From assembly GCA_965228855.1 (NCBI GenBank), contig CBDDIJ010000003.1, positions 1,056,001 through 1,120,000 of the forward strand: a stretch of DNA of 64,000 bases, in the 5' to 3' direction. Both the position numbers and the translations under genes were made by a program. The stretch's first letter is position 1; every line of letters begins with the position of its first letter. The notes below the pieces were generated by a model. It was not told where the DNA came from. It did not search any database and saw only the letters and a program-made list of their open reading frames with translations. Shown here one piece after another: positions 1-9,991 of the stretch. The stretch is from Candidatus Obscuribacterales bacterium (GTDB lineage Bacteria; Cyanobacteriota; Vampirovibrionia; Obscuribacterales; Obscuribacteraceae).

Positions 1-1
1 G

Positions 2-946
2 CCTGATTATGCGGCTCTGGAAGCGCGTGTCGATAAGCTCATTAAGCGGTTGAAACGCACAGCAGAAGCGCCTCTCGTCACTAATTACACTGGACCGATG
101 TTGTTTGAGCCCGAAGCCTCGTCGTCTCTTATGCACTCAGCTCTGACGAAACTGCTTGGTGGCGCACATGATGTCAGCGGCAGCAGCTGGGGCGGCGACC
201 ATCCTCTCAAGAACAAGCTCGGCCAGCGAGTCGGCGCCCGGATTATTACCGTAGTTGACGATCCATATGCGACTGAGTTTAAAGGGAAGAAGCTGTTTGG
301 AAACTATGAAGTTGATGACGACGGCGTACCCGCTGAGAAACTGACCCTGGTCGAAAAGGGCGTGTTAAAGACGCTCTGTGCCAGTCGCAAACCGACGCGC
401 GGCGTGGCAAAGAGCAACGGGCACTCAGGCGATGGCACGGGCACCGTGAGTATTTTGTTCGTGTCGACGGAACCGTCGATGAACCCGAAACAGATGAAGA
501 AGAAGCTCATCGAGCTTGGGAAGGAACAAGGGTATGACGATGTCTACATCGTTCGTTCCGTAGCTCGGCTGCCTACCTGGATGTTGAGCCTTGGTTCCAC
601 TATCTCCAGTATCTTTTCCAGCTTCGGTGGCGGTTTATCCCTTTACCCAACCGAGATCTACCGCGTGTCGGTGAAAAATGGCAAAGAGGAGCTCGTTCGT
701 GGAGCTACCGTTAGCGTGCAGCCTGCCGATGTTCTGCGCGAGCTGGTTGCAGGTGGTTCAGACGTGACAGCATCTCTAGTGGCTCAAGGACCGACGTCCG
801 CCACAAGCATCGTCACTCCTTCCATCATTCTGCGTGACGTAGACATCAAGGAGCCGTCCAAAGCGTCTGAGAAATTGCCGGTCGTTCCCAGTCCGGTGAA
901 GGAACAGCAGCAAGAAGTGAAGGAAGATGTCAAATCAGTGGAATAA
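2..946 (+). CDS. TldD/PmbA family protein, C-terminal part (5'-truncated by window edge)
   Basis: Frame is open from base 2. Motifs DDPY...GNYEVDDDGVPAEKLTLVEKGVLK, SNGH, and a C-terminal GKEELVRG...PSIIL match the TldD/PmbA C-terminal domain. Confidence 0.8.
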   Translation, partial: PDYAALEARVDKLIKRLKRTAEAPLVTNYTGPMLFEPEASSSLMHSALTKLLGGAHDVSGSSWGGDHPLKNKLGQRVGARIITVVDDPYATEFKGKKLFGNYEVDDDGVPAEKLTLVEKGVLKTLCASRKPTRGVAKSNGHSGDGTGTVSILFVSTEPSMNPKQMKKKLIELGKEQGYDDVYIVRSVARLPTWMLSLGSTISSIFSSFGGGLSLYPTEIYRVSVKNGKEELVRGATVSVQPADVLRELVAGGSDVTASLVAQGPTSATSIVTPSIILRDVDIKEPSKASEKLPVVPSPVKEQQQEVKEDVKSVE

Positions 947-1061
947 CCATTGAAGGTTCAGCCCTCAGGCAGACACGCTGATAATCGGAGGATAACGTCG
1001 AACCGGTCGATATTAAGCCGTTTGCGGTTTTTTGACAGGTTCAATACTGTAAAATCGCGGT

Positions 1062-1817
1062 ATGGTAAGCGAAACGCCTGTTTCTTACATTCAGTGCCCC
1101 TCCTGTCTCAGACGCAATCACGCTGAGATGCACTTCTGCATCTATTGCGGTGCAGGCGTCACTCCAGAGGCTGAAAGAAAGCGGACCCAGAACCCTCTGA
1201 GCTGGAGGAGCTGCATCCGCTGTGGTCAGACTGATGAGCTAAACCAAAATTTCTGCATCTTCTGCAGCGGAAAGATTGTTGTGCCTGGGGAAGCTCCTGC
1301 GGACACGAATGCTTATCGCAAGTTTAGCTGGGAGTTGGAACAGATCGATGCCGCCAAGGTCATGGATCAGGCAGAGCCAAAGGTTTCCAGGCCATCTCCA
1401 GTCGCAAAGCTGAAACCCAGGCGCAAACAAAAGAACAGCAAGGCTGTTCTGCTCACGGTTTTGCTCGGTGCGATGGGCGTGATGACTGGAGCCGCATTCG
1501 CGTTCCTGGTCGGCCAGGCTGGGTTAGAGCGCATCGTACTACAGTCGACGTCATGGCAAAACAAGCATCTGGTCGTCTACACGAACGTTCCATACGCCAC
1601 GCTTATGATCGAAGACAGCAAAAAGCAAGTCTATACACTCACCCAGACTGGAGCCGACGGCGCCCTGACCATAGCGGAGATGCCGCCGGGGCAGTACACG
1701 CTGTACGTGGGAGCACAGGGCCACTCGGGTGTGAAAACATCTTTCCCGATTCAGGAGCACAGAACGACGGTTTTGGGTTTCCCCAGCCGGATCGATTTGC
1801 CCAAGAAAGCGCGATAA
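1062..1817 (+). CDS. Double zinc-ribbon membrane protein with C-terminal PEGA/carboxypeptidase-regulatory-like beta domain
   Basis: CPSC..CIYC and CIRC..CIFC pairs, one hydrophobic helix (VLLTVLLGAMGVMTGAAFAFLVG), and TGADGALTIAEMPPGQYTLYV. Confidence 0.7.
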   Translation: MVSETPVSYIQCPSCLRRNHAEMHFCIYCGAGVTPEAERKRTQNPLSWRSCIRCGQTDELNQNFCIFCSGKIVVPGEAPADTNAYRKFSWELEQIDAAKVMDQAEPKVSRPSPVAKLKPRRKQKNSKAVLLTVLLGAMGVMTGAAFAFLVGQAGLERIVLQSTSWQNKHLVVYTNVPYATLMIEDSKKQVYTLTQTGADGALTIAEMPPGQYTLYVGAQGHSGVKTSFPIQEHRTTVLGFPSRIDLPKKAR

Positions 1818-1913
1818 ACTATCGATTGTGACAGCCGGCTTTCGTTCCGGTTGACGCAACATTGAAGTGGGAATACGGAATCTGTATACTTTTCGGGTAT
1901 TTGAGCGGGTGTT

Positions 1914-3335
1914 ATGACAGCAGGTGAAGCTACAAAGACATGCCCATCGTGCGGGAAACATTCTCCGCACGACGCACGCTTTTGCGGATTCGACGGCACA
2001 TTGCTGGACCAGCCGCAGAATACCCAGGGACCAGAAAAAGTATGCCCCAAGTGTCAGCGCGTCTACCCTCCGTATGCTGTTTTCTGCCCGATTGAAGGTT
2101 CTGCTCTCAATACGTCGACCGCAGCTCCGCAGGCTAATAAACCCCACATTCAGGTCGCGGCTGATGGGAAACCGTATTTGCAGTCCGCTCCTCTGGGCAA
2201 GGACAAGGACGTTGATTTCGACCGGCACGATACCGCCCTCATGGATGGTGTGGGCTTCGGACAGTCGCTGCACGACGGCGATGCCGCTATTAATCCCAAT
2301 TTGAATCCGCAAAACCCAAACGCCTCTCACGTCAATTTGCAGGCGCAAAATCCAAATGCCTCGCAATCGCAGTTGCCGGCTCAGCAACCACCGCAACAGC
2401 AGCAGCAACCTGCGCAGCCGCCTGCTGACCCCTACAACGAAGCGCTTGTCGCGACCGGTGGATACACAACCAGTCTTATCGGCAAAACGATCGACAACAA
2501 ATACCTCATCCAATCGATGCTTGGTGAGGGTGGTATGGCGGTTGTTTACAAAGCGCACCATACGATCATGGAACGCACCGTCGTTATCAAAGTTATGCAC
2601 GGTTGGTTGCTGTCCAATGAGAAGTCGATTGAGCGATTCCAGCGCGAATGCAAGGTTACAGCCAAACTCAGCCATCCCAATATTGTCACCGTATTTGATG
2701 TCGGAACCCTGGGCGGTAAGGCACCATATCTGGTGATGGAGTTCATCAAAGGAGAGGCTCTGGCTGACAAGATTCATCGCCAGGGCGCTTTGCCGTTTAC
2801 CACCACAGCGAACATCATTATTCAAATGTGCCGTGGTCTACAGGAAGCACATAACTTTGGTGTAATTCACCGCGACTTGAAGCCGGATAATGTTTTACTT
2901 CAAGACAAGTCGGACAGACCCGATTGGGTGAAGATCGTGGACTTCGGAATTTCCCACATCGTTCATGAAAGCGGAAAACGGCTCACCAAGACCGGCCGCA
3001 TGGTTGGAACTCCGGAATATATTGCGCCCGAGCAATTGAAGGACCGGCCGATGGACATTAGAACAGACCTCTACGCTCTAGGCATCATGATCTACGAGAT
3101 GCTGACCGGTCATGTACCGTTCGAAGGTGATAGCGCCGAGGCAATTCTGATGAAACATCTCATGGACGATCCTCCGCCTATGAGCAAGTATAAGCCGGAG
3201 TTCAAAGATGGGACGCCTTTCGATCACATAGTGATGAAGTTGTTGAATAAAGAACCCGATTTGCGTTATCAAACAGCTACGGAACTCCGGCTGGATGTCG
3301 AGCAAGCACAATCACAGATAATCTTTAAACGTTAG
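1914..3335 (+). CDS. Hanks-type Ser/Thr protein kinase with two N-terminal zinc ribbons
   Basis: GEGGMAVV, VVIK, HRDLKPDN, DFG, GTPEYIAPE. N-terminal CPSC..FCGFDG and CPKC..FCPIEG. N/Q/P-rich linker. Confidence 0.95.
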   Translation: MTAGEATKTCPSCGKHSPHDARFCGFDGTLLDQPQNTQGPEKVCPKCQRVYPPYAVFCPIEGSALNTSTAAPQANKPHIQVAADGKPYLQSAPLGKDKDVDFDRHDTALMDGVGFGQSLHDGDAAINPNLNPQNPNASHVNLQAQNPNASQSQLPAQQPPQQQQQPAQPPADPYNEALVATGGYTTSLIGKTIDNKYLIQSMLGEGGMAVVYKAHHTIMERTVVIKVMHGWLLSNEKSIERFQRECKVTAKLSHPNIVTVFDVGTLGGKAPYLVMEFIKGEALADKIHRQGALPFTTTANIIIQMCRGLQEAHNFGVIHRDLKPDNVLLQDKSDRPDWVKIVDFGISHIVHESGKRLTKTGRMVGTPEYIAPEQLKDRPMDIRTDLYALGIMIYEMLTGHVPFEGDSAEAILMKHLMDDPPPMSKYKPEFKDGTPFDHIVMKLLNKEPDLRYQTATELRLDVEQAQSQIIFKR

Positions 3336-3483
3336 AAACTGTTTCTGCGAGCGGCGGAACGCTGTTTAGTTAAACAGTGGCACTGATCTTTCTATTTAAT
3401 AGATCGTACAATGTATGTCCTGTATGCGGTCACATCATTCGAGTGTGGCTGACAGCTGAGACGATGCAGATGAGGATATCGAC

Positions 3484-6400
3484 GTGATTGCCAATCGCAG
3501 TAATCGATTTTGGGCTTCTTCAGTGAGTTTGTCTCTGGCGGTGGTTCTCGCTTGCGGAATCGATGCGTCAGGTTTTGAACTTGGTCCAACGGTTTCTGAC
3601 ATCAGCAAGGTCTATAAAGCTCTTGATGCGGCTCGGAAAAAAGGCGATAAGGCCGAACAGGCCAATTTGTTGTATACCCTTGGTGATCTGGAATTACAAA
3701 AGGGCAACAGCGAAAAAGCAGAAGAGCTTCTGCGAGAGTCGCTGAAACTGGACGAGGAAGCCGGTACTGGAGTTACAAAAAACTCAGGCGGAAAATTTTC
3801 GCCGTCGGTTCACACTCGTATCGCGCTTGCGGCTGTGGCTATTAAACTCGGACGCGCTGAAGAGGCTCTCAAACTCTATGAAGAAGCCGCTGTCAATGCG
3901 GAAAAGCTAAATCTCGAAGAAGAGTCGATCACGATTAACAAGCAACTAGGAAGCGTTTATTTAAACGCGCGCGAGTTTGGCAAAGCCGAAGCCAGTCTCA
4001 ATAAAGCTAAGCTGGCAGCCGAAAAAGGCGGACACAAGGATATCCAAATGTCTGTGCTTTCAGAGCTTGCATCGCTTGCCCGTTATAAACGTAATTTCGA
4101 ACTGGCAATCGAATATTTGAAACAAGCAGTCGCACTGGTAGACGATCAAACTGATGAACTGGACGAAGGGCGTATCCTGACTGAACTTGGACGAACCTAC
4201 GCAGACATGGGCTTGAATGACAAGGCCGTCGAGTACTACGAAAAGTCTAGCAAGGTTTACTCCAGTGGCGGCGATCGAGTCGCTGAGGCGGAAGTTCTTA
4301 TCTCGATGGCCGAACTCGACCTTTCAAATCGTAAACCGGATGAAGCACTTGCGAGATTGAAAAACGCTTTGAGCTCTCTCGAAGGAGAAGATGCACCTAA
4401 AATTCTTGCTCGATGCTACACGCGTATCGGCTCTGCTCAAGCGGATACAGGCTTGATGGAAGAAGCTTTGAAGAGTCACAAGAGTGCTGAGAAGTTAGCT
4501 GCAAAATGTAAGAGTGAAGAGGAAGAGTGTCTGGCGATCACCGAGCAAGGCTACGATTATCTGCTGGAGGGTAAGTCGGAAAAGGCTCTGGGAGAGTTTC
4601 TCCGCGCGCAAAAGTATATTGAGAAGCATCCGAATCTCCGGCAATCTGAACGTGCCGATGTTCTCAAATACTGCGCCATGGGTTACAGAAACGTCGGTCA
4701 ACCGAAGACTGCTATTCGCTACTATTTGGAAGCGACGCAGTTGTACAAGAAAGCCGGCAAGTTCCTCGACGAAGCACTGGTGCTGGACTCTATTGCTGTT
4801 GCCTATCTTGACCAGGGGTCTTCTGCACTGTTTGAAAAATATCACGGACAGGCGAAAGAAGTTTTTCAAACTGCCGTTGGTAAATCGGCGAGCAACAGTG
4901 ATAAACGAGCGCAAGCAACCATGTCTTACAACTATGGACAGTACTGCGTCATGAAAAGCATGTATGCCGATGCAATCGAGGCTTATGAACAAGCGCTGAA
5001 CACATCTCAGTCGATCAGCGATACGCTAGGCCAGTGTCAAGCTCTTCGCGGGTTGGGCATGACCTATTTGCTTCTCGGTCAAAACCAGAAGTCGCGCGAG
5101 AAATTTGAAGCCGCTTCCACCATCGCCGATAAGGTTACGAATATTGAGAGCCAATGGGACTGTGCCGCTGGTCTAGGCAAGGTTTATATGAAACTAGGGG
5201 ACCAGCAAAATGCCGAAAAGATGCTACTGAAGGCGGTATCACTTGCTGATAAGGAAAGAAGAAATCTATCTCGTGATAGTTTTAAAACTGCGGCGCTCGA
5301 CTTGCGCGAAGATTGTTTTTTCGACCTTGTTGAATTGATGATCAACAACAAGCGTTACGACCAGGCACTTGAGTATGCTGAGAAAGGTCGAGCTCGTGCG
5401 TTTCTCGACATGCTCGAGGGGCGTAAGCAAACCAGCTACGGCCAGCGCAAGATTGCTTTGTCTGCTCCTGATTTGCTGGATGAAGCCGGACTGACTCCCC
5501 TTGCCGCGCCGGAAGAAAAGCCGGTACAAATTGCAATGGCTAATGTGCCAAGCGGAACTTTTCGTGGAGTGCAAGTCTCGCCGAAAAGCCCTACAACAGT
5601 GGTCGAAGCCACCGTGCTTTCCGCTGCTAACGCTAAGCCTCCGGACTTGCAAGAAATTAAATCGCTGATCAAGGGATGCAATACCTGGGTGGTTGAGTAT
5701 CTCGCGATGCCGGAAAAGGTAATTGTGTTCGTGGTGAAACCGGACGGCGAAATCGCTGATGTGAAGATAATCTCTGAGAAGATCGATACGGTTAAAAACC
5801 TGATTCGAGAGACCCATAAGACCATAACCACATCACCGAAAGGCATGGATGAAGTTCACGCCTTGAACAAAGCTCGCCAGGAAAATCTTCGGGCGTTGCA
5901 CAAAATGCTGGTTGAGCCGATCGAAGCTCTGCTGCCCAAGGACGAAAACCAGGTTGTTACGATCGTTCCACACGGCTCTCTGTTTAGTGTCCCGTTCGCT
6001 GCTCTGGTGAATGGAAACGGCAAATATATGATTGAGCAGCACACGCTTGCATACCTTCCGGCAATTGGCGTATTGCGCGCCACTCAGTCCGTTGAGAACC
6101 AGACGAAGGGCGAGAAAAATTCTCTGCTTGCGTTTGGTAATCCCATTACTGAAATGAATAAATTCCTTGGCAAATTGCCTTATGCAGAAAAAGAGGTCAA
6201 GAAAGTTTCTTCCTTGTTTGACCAAAGCAGCGTTGCAGTAGAGGTCGGTGGCGCGGCAACAAAGTCTAAATTCCGTGAATTGGCGCCGAAGTACAGTTAC
6301 ATACATCTGGCGACGCACGGATTGGTTAACCAGGATCAACCGATGGATTCTGCGGTGGTGCTGGCACCAGAAGCGGGCGATGATGGTTTACTTACAGTGA

Positions 6401-6774
6401 AAGACATTCTTCAGCTGCCACAGTTAAAAGCTAAAATGATCGTTCTTTCCGCGTGCCAAACCGGTCAAGGCAAAATCACCGGTGATGGTGTCGTCGGTTT
6501 ATCGCGAGCTTTTGTGATTGCAGGAACTCCGTCCGTTCTCGTGTCGCTCTGGAGCGTAGATGACGTGATGACCGAGTATCAGATGGAGTCGCTCTATTAC
6601 GAGCTTTTGAAAGGGGCCAACAAAGCTCAGTCGTTGCGTAAAGCTCAAATTAAAACGATAAACTTTCTGGAGAAAGGTTCCTCAGGGCGCGATTCCGATA
6701 AGCCAGTTAAACAGGAAGATCGCGCAAATCCTAGATACTGGGCGGCATTCCAAATGATCGGCGAATACAATTAG
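3484..6774 (+). CDS. TPR-repeat CHAT-domain (caspase-like) protease
   Basis: Many TPR-like helices, EKGRARAFLDML, IHLATHG (His), VLSACQTG (Cys), VSLWSVDD, NPRYWAAF. Confidence 0.93.
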   Translation: MIANRSNRFWASSVSLSLAVVLACGIDASGFELGPTVSDISKVYKALDAARKKGDKAEQANLLYTLGDLELQKGNSEKAEELLRESLKLDEEAGTGVTKNSGGKFSPSVHTRIALAAVAIKLGRAEEALKLYEEAAVNAEKLNLEEESITINKQLGSVYLNAREFGKAEASLNKAKLAAEKGGHKDIQMSVLSELASLARYKRNFELAIEYLKQAVALVDDQTDELDEGRILTELGRTYADMGLNDKAVEYYEKSSKVYSSGGDRVAEAEVLISMAELDLSNRKPDEALARLKNALSSLEGEDAPKILARCYTRIGSAQADTGLMEEALKSHKSAEKLAAKCKSEEEECLAITEQGYDYLLEGKSEKALGEFLRAQKYIEKHPNLRQSERADVLKYCAMGYRNVGQPKTAIRYYLEATQLYKKAGKFLDEALVLDSIAVAYLDQGSSALFEKYHGQAKEVFQTAVGKSASNSDKRAQATMSYNYGQYCVMKSMYADAIEAYEQALNTSQSISDTLGQCQALRGLGMTYLLLGQNQKSREKFEAASTIADKVTNIESQWDCAAGLGKVYMKLGDQQNAEKMLLKAVSLADKERRNLSRDSFKTAALDLREDCFFDLVELMINNKRYDQALEYAEKGRARAFLDMLEGRKQTSYGQRKIALSAPDLLDEAGLTPLAAPEEKPVQIAMANVPSGTFRGVQVSPKSPTTVVEATVLSAANAKPPDLQEIKSLIKGCNTWVVEYLAMPEKVIVFVVKPDGEIADVKIISEKIDTVKNLIRETHKTITTSPKGMDEVHALNKARQENLRALHKMLVEPIEALLPKDENQVVTIVPHGSLFSVPFAALVNGNGKYMIEQHTLAYLPAIGVLRATQSVENQTKGEKNSLLAFGNPITEMNKFLGKLPYAEKEVKKVSSLFDQSSVAVEVGGAATKSKFRELAPKYSYIHLATHGLVNQDQPMDSAVVLAPEAGDDGLLTVKDILQLPQLKAKMIVLSACQTGQGKITGDGVVGLSRAFVIAGTPSVLVSLWSVDDVMTEYQMESLYYELLKGANKAQSLRKAQIKTINFLEKGSSGRDSDKPVKQEDRANPRYWAAFQMIGEYN

Positions 6775-6795
6775 TTTGTTCTAGAGCGTTGAACG

Positions 6796-7584
6796 TTATT
6801 GCTTAAGATTGTCGATACCATGTTTTGGGGATTGGTATTTGAAGACTTGCTTGTCCAGCAACTCGAAGATTTCTGGTTTGATTTTGAGGTCACTGCCGAA
6901 GGGCTGACTGTAAGCGGCTAGCAGCCAGATGTTTAAGCCTAAGCTGATTGCAATTAAAGCGGTGAGCATAGTATGCAACCGTCCCATCTTCGACGTGAAG
7001 AAGTAGGTGAATATGATCGTGATAGCTGAACCGAAAAATATAGCGATCCAGAGAACCGGAGAGATCTGCGCTCGGCATGCCACGCTTCGGGCGCGTCTTG
7101 TTTCCCCGAGTATTTTGGCTGACTCCAACATTGATGCTTGCAAATTATTTTCACGATCATTTTCAGGCATTACCTGGACGCAAGCCGACCAGAGCTTGCC
7201 ATAGACGTCCCAGCAATGAGGAGCCATTTCCATTCGGTCCATCGCTGCCCATTCCGTGCTAATTACGCAGTGATTGTAGTCTGCACACATATCTTGAATA
7301 TTCTTTCGAGCAGAAGGGCTCAGTCCTTCTGCCAGGCGATGAATATTTGCCAGTGCGTTGGCTTCGGTTGACACTTGCACATTGACTTCGTGGTATGACT
7401 CGATTGCGTTTGCTACCAGCAGTCCGAGCAGAAGCGAGAACAAAGTGCCAACAACACCGAGCATCGCCTCTACCATGCCCTGGCTTGGTTCAAGATTGTC
7501 TTGCTTCACCATTTTGTGAGTGAAGACTTGACCCACGACGGCAATCAACACCAGGACCGCTATGATGATGAGTGCTAGTGTCAT
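6796..7584 (-). CDS. DUF4239 (bestrophin-like) membrane protein
   Basis: VGTLFSLLLGLLV...VSTEANAL, EWAAM, terminal QPF; about four TM segments. Confidence 0.75.
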   Translation of the reverse strand: MTLALIIIAVLVLIAVVGQVFTHKMVKQDNLEPSQGMVEAMLGVVGTLFSLLLGLLVANAIESYHEVNVQVSTEANALANIHRLAEGLSPSARKNIQDMCADYNHCVISTEWAAMDRMEMAPHCWDVYGKLWSACVQVMPENDRENNLQASMLESAKILGETRRARSVACRAQISPVLWIAIFFGSAITIIFTYFFTSKMGRLHTMLTALIAISLGLNIWLLAAYSQPFGSDLKIKPEIFELLDKQVFKYQSPKHGIDNLKQ

Positions 7585-7606
7585 GTTCTATTCTTGCGCC
7601 TGCTGT

Positions 7607-9070
7607 TTATTTTTCGGCTAACTTAACCGGGTAGATTACTGGTTTGGCAACCCACGCGCGTATGCCACCAAAGACCCGTGTGTTCACACCTGCATAACCG
7701 GGGCTGCTGTTTGCGCCCATGTTGAAGATTTGCTGGCAACGGATGTATGGCTCTATGGGCAGTGGCATCTTCGGCAGGCGGTATGCAACTTCTTCTGTCA
7801 GAATGATGACCTGGTTGTTGTGACCTTGTCTTAGATTCGAGTTCCCGAAGTTGTTGTTGAGCGTGAAGTCTCCGAGGAACTGCCAGCGGTTTTTGTTATG
7901 AACGGCGCCGAATGAATAGAACTGGTCGCCCTCTTGGAACTGGCTGAGCACCTCGCGAAAGCGAATCTGACCAAGCACTGTTCCATAGACTCTCGTTCCC
8001 AAGCCCACGTTTCTTATGACTGAAACAGAGGGGAGCAAATCGTTGAAGAACTGCGCGGAGAACTCGTCCGGCGTTGTGAACAAGGCACGAGCGAAGAAAC
8101 TTCCTGTGACCTGCCACTTGTTGCTGGTGTAGAAATCGTGGTCGACTTGTCCTCCAACCGAATGGAAGTTTCTATCCAGCGGATTCGCGTATTTGGTGTA
8201 TTGATCGCGGAGGAAGAAATAATTGGCGCTGACTCTGGTTTTCCTCGTTAGTGCGTAACCCAGAACAGTGTTAGGGAGTACACGGTAAATCATGTCCTGT
8301 CTGTAGTGATTTTTTGTCTGGTAGACGTTGGTCTCCAGACGAAGCGAGTTGTCCACGATCGCGCTGAAAAACAACCTGGGTGGCAGGGCATGTACAAACG
8401 AGCCCTGGAAGCCTTCCATTCTGTTGAAATGCGGGTTCCGGCGCGGCAGGCTTACCGGTGTTAAATCGAATTCTCTGGTGTCACTGGTATTACCGACGGT
8501 GTCGCTTTGAACGGACTGCGCGATATCGCCGGGACCAAGAGGTGCTTCGGCGCTCGTATCTGTCTGAACGGTTGGAGCCGGGCCTCGAAGTTGTGGCTGC
8601 GTGTCAGAGTCGAGCGCAACAGGAGAGAGGTCGGTGACTTCATTCTGGTTGACTTCCGCTTGTTGAACGCTCTCGCTGCTCGGACTCGTTGAATTCAAGT
8701 CGGCGGAAACTGCAGACGCGCCTGTCGAAATCGCGTTAGCTTCAGAGGCTTGCTTGAGGTTCGTCGCGGCTGAGGCGATTCTTATCGGTTTAATTTGAAG
8801 GTGTGCAGGCGAATAAACAGATGCTGGTGCCGGTTCGTCATGGGCATCTGAGGCGACAATAGTTTTTTCTGCGGTAGTAACAACTGCGTCTGTAGGCTCG
8901 AACATTGCTTTTGGCAACGAGTCGGCGACTGTTTCCAATGGGGATGAGACGAGTAACTGGGGAGCCCTTTGATTCTCGTTGTCTTGAGCTTGGACCGGTC
9001 CGACGAGCGCCAATGAGAGTGCCACCGCAATTGGTGCCAATGAGGTCAGGTGTAACATCCGTGACTGCAT
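7607..9070 (-). CDS. Exported hypothetical protein, probable outer-membrane beta-barrel after a disordered N-terminus
   Basis: Signal peptide ending VQA-Q, S/T/A/P-rich linker, then aromatic-rich alternating beta-strand pattern. Confidence 0.55.
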   Translation of the reverse strand: MQSRMLHLTSLAPIAVALSLALVGPVQAQDNENQRAPQLLVSSPLETVADSLPKAMFEPTDAVVTTAEKTIVASDAHDEPAPASVYSPAHLQIKPIRIASAATNLKQASEANAISTGASAVSADLNSTSPSSESVQQAEVNQNEVTDLSPVALDSDTQPQLRGPAPTVQTDTSAEAPLGPGDIAQSVQSDTVGNTSDTREFDLTPVSLPRRNPHFNRMEGFQGSFVHALPPRLFFSAIVDNSLRLETNVYQTKNHYRQDMIYRVLPNTVLGYALTRKTRVSANYFFLRDQYTKYANPLDRNFHSVGGQVDHDFYTSNKWQVTGSFFARALFTTPDEFSAQFFNDLLPSVSVIRNVGLGTRVYGTVLGQIRFREVLSQFQEGDQFYSFGAVHNKNRWQFLGDFTLNNNFGNSNLRQGHNNQVIILTEEVAYRLPKMPLPIEPYIRCQQIFNMGANSSPGYAGVNTRVFGGIRAWVAKPVIYPVKLAEK

Positions 9071-9272
9071 GCTTGTTTTCTTCGTTGCTAGTAAGAGTCG
9101 CGCCCGGGTTGCCAGTAGGAACGTGCCGTCATTCCACTGGCAGGATTATAACTCAAGTAAATCCGCCGGGTACTGCTATATGTCTAATAACCCCGTGCGA
9201 ACAAGCACTGGTGTTACCATGGTCCGAACATTTATTTGCAACTTATCACCGCGCCGAATTTCGGGGGGCACA

Positions 9273-9650
9273 TTGAGCAAGCATCTGAGTCACCGGGATC
9301 CCTCTATACGAGTGGTTCTTCAGCCAAAGGACACTAATAGTCAAGGGAGTATATTCGGTGGGGTTATCCTTAGCTATATAGATTTGGCTGGTGCGGTCGA
9401 ATGTGCAAAAACCACAAAACAGAAGATGGTAACTGTTGCTGTAAAAGAAGTGCAGTTCAAAGCTCCTGTATATACGGGTGAGGTAGTGAGCTTCTATACC
9501 AGTACAACCAAGGTCGGCAATACTTCAATTTCAGTGCATGTCGACGTTGAGGTTCTGCGCGGGCACGACACGATCGACGTAACCGAGGCTGATTTGACAT
9601 TCGTTTGCGTGGACTCTAACGGTAAGCCCACTCCGATTATTCGCACATAA
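9273..9650 (+). CDS. Acyl-CoA thioesterase (hotdog fold, YciA-like)
   Basis: PKDTNSQGSIFGGVILSYIDLAG, FKAPV, VGNTSI. TTG at 9273 after a G-rich RBS chosen as start (track ORF begins 9069). Confidence 0.9.
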   Translation: MSKHLSHRDPSIRVVLQPKDTNSQGSIFGGVILSYIDLAGAVECAKTTKQKMVTVAVKEVQFKAPVYTGEVVSFYTSTTKVGNTSISVHVDVEVLRGHDTIDVTEADLTFVCVDSNGKPTPIIRT

Positions 9651-9657
9651 CTCTGCC

Positions 9658-9810
9658 AAACCGATGCTGTTTAAACGACTCACATGAGGAGCTGCTCTTT
9701 AGCGACTTCCACTTTCCTTTTGCGGGTTTTTGGTGATGGCAAGTGGTAATGTGATCGATAGCCTTCGAATGCGAGATCAACTTTCCTCTTCTAAAGAGCG
9801 ATATCGGTTT
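9658..9810. ncRNA. Candidate structured RNA upstream of the cobalamin adenosyltransferase gene
   Basis: Nested complementarity: 9658-9665/9803-9810, 9694-9702/9791-9799, 9709-9717/9738-9746 (one mismatch), 9752-9756/9775-9779. No known family recognised. Confidence 0.3.
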
Positions 9811-9991
9811 AGAAAATGTGGAGCCTTCTGGGGCGACTTTTGTCCTGTTGATGCCAAGAAGTAAAGTTGTGATCGAAAATTTTTAGCCAATCATTTAAGA
9901 ACAAGTTCAGGAGCAGGGTCTCAAAAGACCGTAACACAGGTATCATTATTGTCGCCGACAACATTTTGTCGCTAGACCGAGGTTATTTCTC

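Noticed and set aside
1022..1055. Sigma70 promoter TTGACA...TAAAAT
   Set aside because: The spacer is only 12 nt. An alternative TTGCGG-17-TACTGT is too weak to call.
1551..2825. 424-aa minus-strand ORF
   Set aside because: Antisense shadow of the kinase and zinc-ribbon genes; no recognisable motifs.
9651..9991. Canonical cobalamin riboswitch or RNase P RNA
   Set aside because: No B12-box/GCCACTG signature. The minus-strand GAGGAAAGT lacks the rest of the RNase P P4 consensus.
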